A stretch of DNA of 62,955 nucleotides, filler included, from an uncultured virus (IMG/VR IMGVR_UViG_3300005239_003333) (lineage: Duplodnaviria; Heunggongvirae; Uroviricota; Caudoviricetes). It is 3 parts of one record of this genome, joined end to end, with 100 filler letters (N's around TTAATTAATTAA, not from the genome) between each part and the next. Parts side by side here need not be neighbours in the genome. Positions count along the whole stretch, not along the records: positions 1 to 28,552 come from IMGVR_UViG_3300005239_003333; positions 28,653 to 58,796 come from IMGVR_UViG_3300005239_003333; 1 more part is not named here. One strand, 5' to 3'. The stretch's first letter is position 1. Each line of letters starts with the position of its first letter. A model generated the notes under the pieces. That model ran no database searches. It had not been told where the DNA came from and saw nothing but the letters and a program-made list of their open reading frames with translations. Positions 20,543 through 30,653 of the stretch are shown here, piece by piece. The position numbers were made by a program, and so were the translations under genes.

Positions 20543-22378
20543 ATGATTGAACAAACTCTATTCAACTATACAGACGGTAGTATTCTAGAACTGAACGGCG
20601 AACCTTATACCGGCTATTATAACGTCACTAACGGTCAGCATTATACTGGCCGCGAAGTAACAACTGCGTCAAGTTTTTTAAATATTAAAGATAACGCATT
20701 AGGTAACTTTATAAAAGAAAAACTCTATTTTAACAGAATTCCTGTCGAAACTTTATCCTTGATATATTCACAGAAAGATATGATGTTCGAGCCTGGTGAG
20801 TTTATAAATCAAAATAGTATAAACGAGAAGCTTAAAAAACTAAATGATAACTATCTAGAGCTCTTTAACTTCACTTCAACTCAAACAAATGATTTACCTG
20901 AAAATTTTATAGGCTTTATAGGCGCTAGCGCGACTAACGCAAGTAGCTTTGGTTTAAACGTACCACCACCGGTTAGATCAAACGAAAGCCTTATTTGGGC
21001 TGCAGCGGGATTGGAAAATATTCATAGACTTGAAGTGATTCCTCGTAAATTAAGCCCCTTACAAACAACGCCGGATAATTTTCTATCTATATATACAACA
21101 TTGAGCGGTATATATGCTTTCGACTGCCCGAACTTAGCATCGAATACAACTTACACATTTAGAGCATCTTCAGCTTTAGTTGACGGCTTTAATACAAGAC
21201 CATTTAATTATATCGCTGATATAACAACAAATAGTAAAGATTTGTTATATGTAAGTGATATTGTTCATAATCAGATCTATAGATTATACATTGACCCGTT
21301 AGTTAATGATTCTAGAATTACCGGTAACGATTTAAATTACTTAAATCAAGGAGGAGTAGAGATAAACACAACGGGCAACGGTTTACTCTCTAGTGCTGAT
21401 TTAATAGAATACGGTCTTGGAGAGTTATATACATATAATAGAGGTATTGACACATTTGTAGTTCTTGGTAAAGATCTATCTTTCAAAAGAAAATTTTCTA
21501 ACAAAGAAATTAAAGACCATCCTCCCGTTAGTTTCGCTATTAATACCATTGAAAAGAAGTTATACGTTTTATTAAATAACTACACTATATTAAAAATCCC
21601 AACCGATTTTAAAACTGCTATAGAAATCATAACTCTCGATAATTCCTTCTTCGCAATTGAAGATCCGAAGAAAATATTCTTCTCAAAGAACAATAGTAAT
21701 ATATACTATGTCATGACAACTCTTAACCTCTATAAATATTTTAACGTAGGTGCAAATGTACCTATTGGTATTTTTAATTGGGTTAAAACAAATGTACCGA
21801 CATTAACTAGTGCCGGTCTTCTAGAACCGGATGATCAATTATGGGATGCTGTAATTCTTGATGAAAATAATAATTATGATTCCTTATTTATTTTAAATAA
21901 GAAGATTACTGGTTTTAACGTTGTAACTAATAACTACACAGGGGTAGATAAAATCTTAAGATGCAATGAAGCTAATAGTAGGATAAAACTATTAGAAAAT
22001 GAGTTATTTAGGTCTTTTGATCTAAACGATATTCTCGTTAATGATCAGTATTTTAATAGTTTGACTCTTAACAAGAGTTTTAAGAAGCTAATATTCAATA
22101 TGGATATATTATCGTCATATTTGCAATCTAAATTCTTGTTAGAGTATAATCAATTCGATGATTTAAAATCATCGGGTAAAACAGCTCTAACAGCAACCCC
22201 GGTATTTGCAAAAGAATATAATATGTTCGCCGGTTCTAACGAGGTAGTCACGCCGCAAGTTTTAAATAGATGTATATCTAAGATTATAGATTACCAAGAA
22301 TATCTATTATCGATCTTACAAGGTAAATTAATAAATGAAAAATATACAAGAACTGAACTTCAGTATATAGCTACATAG
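20543..22378 (+). CDS. Putative virion structural protein with beta-propeller/NHL-like segments
   Basis: Intact 611-aa ORF; DITTNSKDLLYVSDIVHNQIYR NHL-like segment; TAAATA at 20527-20532. Confidence 0.55.
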   Translation: MIEQTLFNYTDGSILELNGEPYTGYYNVTNGQHYTGREVTTASSFLNIKDNALGNFIKEKLYFNRIPVETLSLIYSQKDMMFEPGEFINQNSINEKLKKLNDNYLELFNFTSTQTNDLPENFIGFIGASATNASSFGLNVPPPVRSNESLIWAAAGLENIHRLEVIPRKLSPLQTTPDNFLSIYTTLSGIYAFDCPNLASNTTYTFRASSALVDGFNTRPFNYIADITTNSKDLLYVSDIVHNQIYRLYIDPLVNDSRITGNDLNYLNQGGVEINTTGNGLLSSADLIEYGLGELYTYNRGIDTFVVLGKDLSFKRKFSNKEIKDHPPVSFAINTIEKKLYVLLNNYTILKIPTDFKTAIEIITLDNSFFAIEDPKKIFFSKNNSNIYYVMTTLNLYKYFNVGANVPIGIFNWVKTNVPTLTSAGLLEPDDQLWDAVILDENNNYDSLFILNKKITGFNVVTNNYTGVDKILRCNEANSRIKLLENELFRSFDLNDILVNDQYFNSLTLNKSFKKLIFNMDILSSYLQSKFLLEYNQFDDLKSSGKTALTATPVFAKEYNMFAGSNEVVTPQVLNRCISKIIDYQEYLLSILQGKLINEKYTRTELQYIAT

Positions 22379-22384
22379 ATTGAA

Positions 22385-22390
22385 TAAATA
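22385..22390 (+). promoter_or_regulatory. Late promoter core TAAATA
   Basis: TAAATA-N5-ATG(22396). Confidence 0.65.
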
Positions 22391-22395
22391 TTATT

Positions 22396-23148
22396 ATGTC
22401 AAACTTTTCTGGTCAACTTATAAGTGCATCCTATACCAACATACTCAATATAGGGACAGGTGCTGGTAATTGCACCTTACCTACAAATACTAGGACGATA
22501 ATAACAGATAGCGCCGGTAATTCTAGCTCAATTTCTATAGGAGGTTCTGGGCAAGGCCTTAGTGTAACTGGTAATGTTATCAGTACTAATAATATTTGTG
22601 GGGTTGCCGGATGCCTTACCTCTACTCTAGGAGTGAATTCACTTGCAACACTAGGCAGCGCATGTGTTACTAGTAATGCTGAAGTAGGCGGTGAATTAAC
22701 GGTTGGTGGTAATGTTTCGACTACTAGTGGTAAATTTACCGTAGATGGCACTTGTACTAAGACTAGTAATAGTGCATGCGTGGGCGGTACGTTAACGGTT
22801 GGCGGTAATACTGATGTAACCGGTTGTATTACAGCTACTGCAGATATTATAGCTTACTCTTCTTCTGATAAGAGGTTTAAAGACGATCTCAATAAAATTT
22901 GTAATACGAAAGATATACTTAACGGTCTTACAGGTTATTCATTTAAATGGAATGAAACTTCTGGCAGAGAAGGTACTGATTTAGGTGTTATAGCTCAGGA
23001 CGTTAAAGAGGTATTACCTCAGATCGTACAAGAAAGAGAAGATGGTTATCTAGCAGTTGACTATCCAAAGCTTATACCAGTTCTCATTGAAGAAGTTAAG
23101 AGGTTAAGCGACGAAGTAGAAAAGTTAAAAAGTATTCAAACTTTTTAA
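22396..23148 (+). CDS. Tail fibre protein with C-terminal intramolecular chaperone (peptidase S74) domain
   Basis: SSDKRFKD cleavage motif, GYSFKWN, GVIAQDV..VLP..V, YLAVDYPKLIPVLIE plus coiled coil. Confidence 0.85.
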   Translation: MSNFSGQLISASYTNILNIGTGAGNCTLPTNTRTIITDSAGNSSSISIGGSGQGLSVTGNVISTNNICGVAGCLTSTLGVNSLATLGSACVTSNAEVGGELTVGGNVSTTSGKFTVDGTCTKTSNSACVGGTLTVGGNTDVTGCITATADIIAYSSSDKRFKDDLNKICNTKDILNGLTGYSFKWNETSGREGTDLGVIAQDVKEVLPQIVQEREDGYLAVDYPKLIPVLIEEVKRLSDEVEKLKSIQTF

Positions 23149-25203
23149 GGTGTAAGTTCGGTAAGAGTTACTGTTGATATTGTTCTATACTGGTAGTCGT
23201 TGACGTTAACATCGTAATAAGACCGATTTATATAACCGGACTTACCCCATCCAACCCTAGCTTCAACACTATAAGTATTTGCAGCTGAAACTGATGGTGT
23301 ATCGATGTAATCAAAAGTTAATGAGTTGTTACCATATGCACCAGGATATTGACTGTTAGCTGTTACTCTCTTTTGGCTAGATAAGCCTTGATCACCTAAA
23401 GCACCATCTATAACCACCCCGTCGCGAAGAAGTCTTACAGCAACAGCATGATTAGTAGCATTAGACGATGTACTTATACTACCTTGAATCCTTATGCTGC
23501 TCCCTGTTTTATGTTTTGTTATAGTCTTTGTTNNNNNNNNNNNNNNNNNNNNNNNNNNNNNNNNNNNNNNNNNNNNNNNNNNNNNNNNNNNNNNNNNNNN
23601 NNNNNNNNNNNNNNNNNNNNNNNNNNNNNNNNNNNNNNNNNNNNNNNNNNNNNNNNNNNNNNNNNNNNNNNNNNNNNNNNNNNNNNNNNNNNNNNNNNNN
23701 NNNNNNNNNNNNNNNNNNNNNNNNNNNNNNNNNNNNNNNNNNNNNNNNNNNNNNNNNNNNNNNNNNNNNNNNNNNNNNNNNNNNNNNNNNNNNNNNNNNN
23801 NNNNNNNNNNNNNNNNNNNNNNNNNNNNNNNNNNNNNNNNNNNNNNNNNNNNNNNNNNNNNNNNNNNNNNNNNNNNNNNNNNNNNNNNNNNNNNNNNNNN
23901 NNNNNNNNNNNNNNNNNNNNNNNNNNNNNNNNNNNNNNNNNNNNNNNNNNNNNNNNNNNNNNNNNNNNNNNNNNNNNNNNNNNNNNNNNNNNNNNNNNNN
24001 NNNNNNNNNNNNNNNNNNNNNNNNNNNNNNNNNNNNNNNNNNNNNNNNNNNNNNNNNNNNNNNNNNNNNNNNNNNNNNNNNNNNNNNNNNNNNNNNNNNN
24101 NNNNNNNNNNNNNNNNNNNNNNNNNNNNNNNNNNTGCGTATGGCTGAATATGTTATGAGGGGTAGCAGTGCTAGACGTGATTGTTTGGCCATCTACATCA
24201 GAAGCGCCACCTGCATATGTTGTAAGTCCGTATCTATTATTATCTTGATCAATGCCACCTCTACTACTTGACCACAACTAGCACTGGAATATCCCCAGCG
24301 ACCGTCAAAAATGCTACTGTTTTCGCCAAACGATCCTACGTGCCTGTGAGCTGGCATTTGATTATACGTTAAAACATTGTTATACTCTCCACCGTTAGCT
24401 GCAAAAGGAAAGTTGACACTCTCAGTCCTATCATCCACTCCAACACCAGCGCCAAGAATAGTTCGACCTTTTAAATTGGGAAGGTAGAATTGAGTTCCGG
24501 CATTTTCACGGGTACCCCAGGTATCTAGCAGTGCTGCGCTTAACTCCGGATATGCAGATCCTAAAAACTTACTACCGTCACATTCTAACCATTTGTTAGA
24601 TGGGACGCTACCTACACCACCCCATGGTACGATCGTACCGACTGGTACTATTTCTGCAAAGACTAAGGCGGTGGAGTCTCCAGGAACCGCCTCTTCCCAT
24701 GTTAATGTACCCGAGCCATTAGTTTTAAGAAACTTATTTGCAGTTTGAGTCGATGGCCAAAAATATGTTTGTGTATTAAGTTTCGTTTTACCGGATTCAA
24801 CCATTATACATCCATTTGCAAGATCTGAAATACAAACAGCTCCGTTATTCACAGTTAGACACTTAACAGTAAATCCGCAATTATTATTTAAAACTCTACT
24901 GTCTACGCTATTGCTATCGAGTACAGGATTATTAATAGTACATGCTGCGATTTGGTTGCATGTTATAGTATTATTTACTATTTTTGAGCAATCTACTTGG
25001 CGAGGTGCGATTTTACCACTCGTTATAGCATTACTAGTAATATTAACTTCCTTAACGATATTTGGTGTTAAGAAATTTTCGAGAGCAATCTTTTTTGTAA
25101 TACCTTCATCGCCTTGACTTTCTCTATCATTAATAATAATATGATTCAAATCATTATTACATGATACTAAATTTAATTCGGAAATTTTTATATCGGTTGC
25201 CAT
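23145..25203 (-). CDS. Tail-collar-domain short tail fibre (frameshift near 24280, N gap 23533-24134)
   Basis: VPVGTIVPW...WLECDG...YPEL...FYLPNLKGRTILGAG collar motif; QMPAHRH; the C-terminal piece (23145-23531) is open to the gap; late promoter at 25209-25214. Confidence 0.75.
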
Positions 25204-25214
25204 AATATTATTTA

Positions 25215-26327
25215 TTATAAAGCTCTAATTAATAATGCGTCTTTATCAGTCTTCATTCTATTAACAGCACTTAGCCCTGTTAAACCAGATAAACCATAAG
25301 GGTTATTAGTATAACTATAGTCGAAATCAGTAAAATCAAATGCTACTAACGGTATTATACCAGCTGAAGCCGTGGATACTGTTGTTGTATATGTCTTTAA
25401 TGTAGCTTCTGGAGGTAATAAATTACTTTGAAATAAGCTTATAATATTTGATGACATTTCAACCGAACTAAATTCTGAACCTATCAAATTATTATCATAG
25501 AGCAGTCCTGTAATAGCATCCTGTAAAGTTCCTACCGAGGGCGGATTATCGGTAATATCAGCTGATAATAAAATTGCTGTTGTATTCGTCGTATAAGTAT
25601 ACCTTAAGGGCTCCGCACTAACTCCAAACGCTATTGTATATACATTACCGCTCTTACCCTGCACTGAAAACCCAGAGCCGGAAAGCGCAGAAAGACCGTA
25701 AGTTGTTATATCGGATTCTAACGATATTTGCGTTTTATACCTGTACTGATCAGATAATGAAATTATCTCTGGGTCAGTATTGATATAAATATTATCATCA
25801 AAAATAACCGGATCAGTGAGTTCAATAAAAGTGCAAGGGTATACAATATTCTCACTTGATTCGAGATTAAATATCGGAGTAGCTGAACCTGCAATAGTAA
25901 ATAACTGGTTATTAAGAATCTCGAGATTTTTCTCAATCATATTCTCAGCTGATTGCTTAAAAATAATATTATGAGTTGTAGATAGCGGCTTATTACCACT
26001 GTTAGAGAGATATTTAACAATAGCCGTAGCTGTTAATTCCGAGGCAGTAGTAGTTGTCTGGTAATATGTATGCTCAACAGCAGTTAAAGGTATACTTTTT
26101 GGAAGATTGCTAGAAAAAGTAGGATCAATTGTTAAATCCGAGGAACCATCGCCATAATTAAATATAATGCCATATATACCTAAACTGCCTAAATCTATAT
26201 CTCCAAAATGAAAGCTGACATCTGTAGGTCCCTGTATTGCATGCATCTGGGTGAACACACTATCCTGCGCTGGTGTACCGCTCGATAAAGTTATAGTTAA
26301 TGAATGTCTAGAGGTTAAGTGTGCCAT
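25215..26327 (-). CDS. Virion structural protein with PKD-like domain
   Basis: IFNYGDGS...VEHTY motif; overlaps the stop of the upstream gene. Confidence 0.55.
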   Translation of the reverse strand: MAHLTSRHSLTITLSSGTPAQDSVFTQMHAIQGPTDVSFHFGDIDLGSLGIYGIIFNYGDGSSDLTIDPTFSSNLPKSIPLTAVEHTYYQTTTTASELTATAIVKYLSNSGNKPLSTTHNIIFKQSAENMIEKNLEILNNQLFTIAGSATPIFNLESSENIVYPCTFIELTDPVIFDDNIYINTDPEIISLSDQYRYKTQISLESDITTYGLSALSGSGFSVQGKSGNVYTIAFGVSAEPLRYTYTTNTTAILLSADITDNPPSVGTLQDAITGLLYDNNLIGSEFSSVEMSSNIISLFQSNLLPPEATLKTYTTTVSTASAGIIPLVAFDFTDFDYSYTNNPYGLSGLTGLSAVNRMKTDKDALLIRAL

Positions 26328-28552
26328 TTGATGCGATTTGGGTTGGTGTTGATGATAGAGTTTGAGTTGTAAAGTTATTCGCTAACTCACTGTTTTTATA
26401 AAAATTAGATGTTGTATTATTATTAGTTGGCCCGATAACGAAATTTTTGGTTATCTTTAATTTATTACCCTTTATTTCAAAAACAAGCACGTGGTAATGA
26501 TCGACATTATTAAGATCAGCAAAATCTGTTAGTAAAAAGAATTTATTTTGCTTTTTATTAAAGGATAGTTTCATATCTCTGACTTGAACAATATTTGAAC
26601 CAACATCAAAAGTAAAGTTTTCTGCAAAATAACTCCTGTTTGTGGTATTTTCATCAATTACATTGACTTCAGTTTGAGTATCTAAATTATACTTAAAAAT
26701 AGAAAAGTTAAATGTCCGAGAATTAATAGGTGATGTTGTTTCGCTGCTCTCTACCTTTATAGTAAATATTTGGCTACCCAATCTCAATGGATTACTAATA
26801 TTACTAATCCTGGTACTATCTTGCGAAACTACTATACCGGGTGATATCTTCTTTACCCGAGATACAAATATTTTAGATGCGAAGGTACTATCTTCATTAT
26901 ATATAATATTATCGATGATAAGATGATTTGATGTTCTTATAAAAAAGGTATTTTTAAAGATATCTATGTCAATAATAGCACTATTTAGCTCATTATAAAC
27001 CGCAGCGTCGTATATGTATTTGCTAAATACACCGCTTAAAGCAGATTCTACGGTTTGATAGCTATCTCTTAAAGTATTATATAATAATATATTTTTGACT
27101 GCGCGCTTGTTCGTATCTATAGTATTTCTCTCGTCGGCGGTTAATGTAATAAACTCCGTAGGTGCTATGTCAAGTGGAGTTTCCTGGAAAGGCCCGTCTC
27201 TTGCTTCGCTAAATGTAAAAGTACTTGCATAGGTACCTGTCCAATTAGAAGTACCAGGTGATGTAGCTGATACGCTAGCTAAAGCAGTATTTGTCCTTTC
27301 ATATACAAACAACCACCTACTGACCGGCGATGGTATTTGTATAAAAAACTCAGATGCCGGGTTTGCAATGCTTTCGTATCGTAATTTTTTTGAGTTGAAT
27401 ACATATGTTGTATTATACTGGGGGTTGCTAGCGCCTGTTACAGTAAATTGTGTCCCGGTGTTAGCAATATTTCTATTTGCAATAGTTGTTGGATTTATAA
27501 GAAAAAAGGTATTACCGTAGATATCGCCAACCTCTTTAAATATATTACCGGATAATTCACCAGATTCGATGCCATGTAGAGGTGTTTCATTATTTTGAGT
27601 AAAATTATCTTGCTCTAGAGATGAATAGCTATAAAAGTTTTGATTATCACTAGAGCTTTTTACAAGAGATCTACCGTATGATGAAGAGTTGTTTTTAAAT
27701 TCTAAATCTTTTAGAACAAAAATAAACGGTGACTCTCTTGCTGACTCCCCTACCCCAGTTACCTTACCATACCTACTCGGGTCAGGGAACATGTATACTG
27801 TTTCCGGCTCTATGGTACGACGGCTGAGCACGGGCTCGAATGCAGCGTCTATTTTAAGTATATTGTGTTTTGTTGGCCTATAGAAAAGACCGACTTCCCG
27901 TGAAGTCTTAAAATCATCACCAGGTACTTGTATGACCGAAGGATTATTTATATTAAGTAGATTCCGATATGGAAATTGCGCATCAAACATTTTTCCGGAA
28001 AGAACATCGTTTGCTGAATTAGAGGAAATAAAATACATATCAGTCCCCATAAATTTTTGAACTAACTCTGCTTGCAGTATATATTTTAAATTCGACGACC
28101 CGGTATTTTTATAGTCTCTAAAGTATGTATCAGGTAATGTATTTATATCGGTGTTATCGTAATCAATTAATAGGTTTGGTATCTCCTTTAACACCACTCC
28201 TTGAGTATTAATAATATCTTTTATAGCCTGCTCGGTATCGTAAAAAAATGCCCCGCTTATTTCATTTGTATTTGATGTAAAATAATTAAATCTATCACCA
28301 GAAATAGTATCATAAAATGTAGGGGATTTTTGGGGGTCTAAATCATAATAATCATTAAATGCGTCGTATTTATTTTCAATTTCAATTGATAAGCCATCTA
28401 TAAACAGTCCAATATCACTGGGTATAGCTAGACCTTCTACTAAACCATCCCCACTGTAAAGATCTAGCAATTCATTTTTGATAGATTCTATTAGCCCGAG
28501 ATTCGAACCTTTGGATTTAGTAAATTGAAGATCCTTACCCATCTCTTGCCTC
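26308..28552 (-). CDS. Large baseplate/structural protein, C-terminal part (5' end lost at scaffold linker)
   Basis: 744+ aa open frame reaching the linker; downstream of gp6. Confidence 0.55.
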
Positions 28553-28652
28553 NNNNNNNNNNNNNNNNNNNNNNNNNNNNNNNNNNNNNNNNNNNNTTAA
28601 TTAATTAANNNNNNNNNNNNNNNNNNNNNNNNNNNNNNNNNNNNNNNNNNNN
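28553..28652. other. Artificial scaffold linker N44-TTAATTAATTAA-N44
   Basis: 12-mer with stop codons in all six frames, centred in a 100-nt N run; identical at 58797-58896. Confidence 0.95.
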
Positions 28653-28667
28653 GTAAGTTAGTGTTGA

Positions 28668-29837
28668 CTAGTGTATAATTTCACTAAATTTCTCATAAGC
28701 TAGAATATATTTTGATTCTTCCCCGGTTTTTAGTATAGTCGTCTCAACCGGGAGATACTCTGCTTTATTTTTACCAAAAATAGTTTTCGAGGTATAACCT
28801 CTATCGTCAAAGTTTAGCTGAAATTGATTACTGTTGATTTGCTGCCGCGACGGGCTAACAGATAGTATATCTACTAATCTAGTTAAGCTTGGTGGAAATT
28901 GCTGGTTATAATCTTCAAAGTCAATATCCAAGCTATTAAACATAGATATAAGGGCCTTGAGATTGCAGTAATCAGGATCTGTATTATTCGAAACAAAATT
29001 AGCAGTTTTTTCAAACGCCTTAATACCTAGAGTTTCAGCAGAACTATCTTTACCCCCGACTGATTGACCTAATAGGTTGTTAAAAAATGCTGGTTTGTTC
29101 AACAGGGCATCTTGGTATATTAAATCTTTATAGTTTTGAGATTGATTATTATCTTCATTCACTTTTCTTGCATGGTATACCCCTGTATTTAAACTAATAT
29201 CAAAGGGGGTTGAAAAAGCAGTAAAAGCTTGGTTAAATGTAGATGAATTATATATGAGCCTAATTCTAAAATCTGTACCGGTTAATGTACTAGTAAAATA
29301 TCCTTTAAAGAACCCACCGCCGGTGCCTGAAACGTCTTTAAAATTGCTTTGAAACTTTACATACTCCTCAGAAACTACACCGCTTTGCGGAGTGTTAAAA
29401 TTGGTAATCAACGATAAGGCTAAATCACCTTCGTTTATTACAAGAGAATTACTATTGGTATTAAACAGTCTTATGGTATCATCATTCTGGGTTATAAGAA
29501 AATCTAATGAGCTCTCTATTAACGACTCTCTCTTAAACGGGACTATACCGTCTTTAAACCGAGCAATAAAAAAGATCTTTTGATTGGTAAAATTAATTTT
29601 AGGTATATTAAACGTGTTAATAGCATCTCCGAAACCATCTACACCGTTTGATGTAAAATTAATTGTCGGTGTTATGGTGGAGACGTCACGTGCGCTTATA
29701 GTAAAATTTATAGTAGATGGTACGTTATTAAGAATAGCAAATGCACTATCATTATCATAATTAATGAAACCTGACTCCGGGTCGTCAAATTGGGTTGTAT
29801 CGAACGACGCAAATAGAACTGTGTTGTGACCTGCCAT
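28668..29837 (-). CDS. Baseplate-associated structural protein, N-terminal part (3' end unreliable at contig edge)
   Basis: Late promoter TAAATA-N5-ATG (29843-29848); follows gp6 and the PKD gene. Confidence 0.55.
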   Translation of the reverse strand: MAGHNTVLFASFDTTQFDDPESGFINYDNDSAFAILNNVPSTINFTISARDVSTITPTINFTSNGVDGFGDAINTFNIPKINFTNQKIFFIARFKDGIVPFKRESLIESSLDFLITQNDDTIRLFNTNSNSLVINEGDLALSLITNFNTPQSGVVSEEYVKFQSNFKDVSGTGGGFFKGYFTSTLTGTDFRIRLIYNSSTFNQAFTAFSTPFDISLNTGVYHARKVNEDNNQSQNYKDLIYQDALLNKPAFFNNLLGQSVGGKDSSAETLGIKAFEKTANFVSNNTDPDYCNLKALISMFNSLDIDFEDYNQQFPPSLTRLVDILSVSPSRQQINSNQFQLNFDDRGYTSKTIFGKNKAEYLPVETTILKTGEESKYILAYEKFSEIIH

Positions 29838-29858
29838 ATGAATATTTATTAATTAACT

Positions 29859-30653
29859 TCAATCTTCGTAGTAATATATTTCTGCAGTACCTGATGTACC
29901 GATAAATATTGTACCGGGTGCAGGAAAGCTAAAAAATTCTAAACCATCTGATGGGCTCAATCGATTACGACGGGCATATATGAAATTATTATCGGTTTGT
30001 AATGATGTAATGACATTAAAACCATTCACAGTGGCAGATGCAAATGTCGAGAATGTATCTAGATGAACGTTAAGTTCTTTATTATAAGTTTCTGCTGTTT
30101 TAAATTTACTTTTATTACCCGATACTGTGAGATTTATGGTATAGCCGCCTTTCGCCGAGACAGAAGAAAAGGTCTGATATGAATTAAATCTGGTTATAAT
30201 AATAGGACTATTAAACGTAGAAGCATAAGCAGAACCAGTCTCTTTATATGTCATATACAGCGAATCCTCTATAGCGTTAACAACACGTATTACTGGCTGG
30301 TGTGTAGATCTATAAAAGTTACTAGCGCTGTCGACTGCTACTAAAGTTAATTTATAATCACCAGGTCGGGAGTAGTAGTGCTGCGCAGTTAATTCATCGC
30401 TTATAGTGCCGTCTCCTAGATCTAAAAAATAACGATAATCATCAGCAATTGTACTAGTGCTTAAATTTTGACTATACGTAAATTGCGGAAATATATAAAG
30501 CTTATCAATAGGGCATGCAAAAGCTGACAGCACTTGAGGATCTTCTTCAAAGAAGTTTGAATTTTTAATTGTAATAGGCACAACTAAATCAGGTAACTCT
30601 TCATAGCTTCTTTCAAAATTATAGCTAGGTGATACTGGATTATCTAACGCCAT
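29859..30653 (-). CDS. PKD-domain structural protein
   Basis: FLDLGDGTIS...AQHYYSRPGDYKLTLVAVDS PKD motif; TAATG-coupled to gp6. Confidence 0.7.
   Translation of the reverse strand: MALDNPVSPSYNFERSYEELPDLVVPITIKNSNFFEEDPQVLSAFACPIDKLYIFPQFTYSQNLSTSTIADDYRYFLDLGDGTISDELTAQHYYSRPGDYKLTLVAVDSASNFYRSTHQPVIRVVNAIEDSLYMTYKETGSAYASTFNSPIIITRFNSYQTFSSVSAKGGYTINLTVSGNKSKFKTAETYNKELNVHLDTFSTFASATVNGFNVITSLQTDNNFIYARRNRLSPSDGLEFFSFPAPGTIFIGTSGTAEIYYYED

Noticed and set aside
24193..24290. Frameshifts in the collar fibre (also ~33035, ~34330, ~40285, ~55370) as phase variation or pseudogenes
   Set aside because: No clear slippery or repeat tracts, and several lie near gaps in an error-prone assembly; cannot be told from errors without reads.
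28597..28608. TTAATTAATTAA palindrome (also 58841-58852) as a biological site
   Set aside because: Centred in identical 100-nt N spacers with stops in all six frames, so it is an assembly linker. Adjacency across it is not proven.
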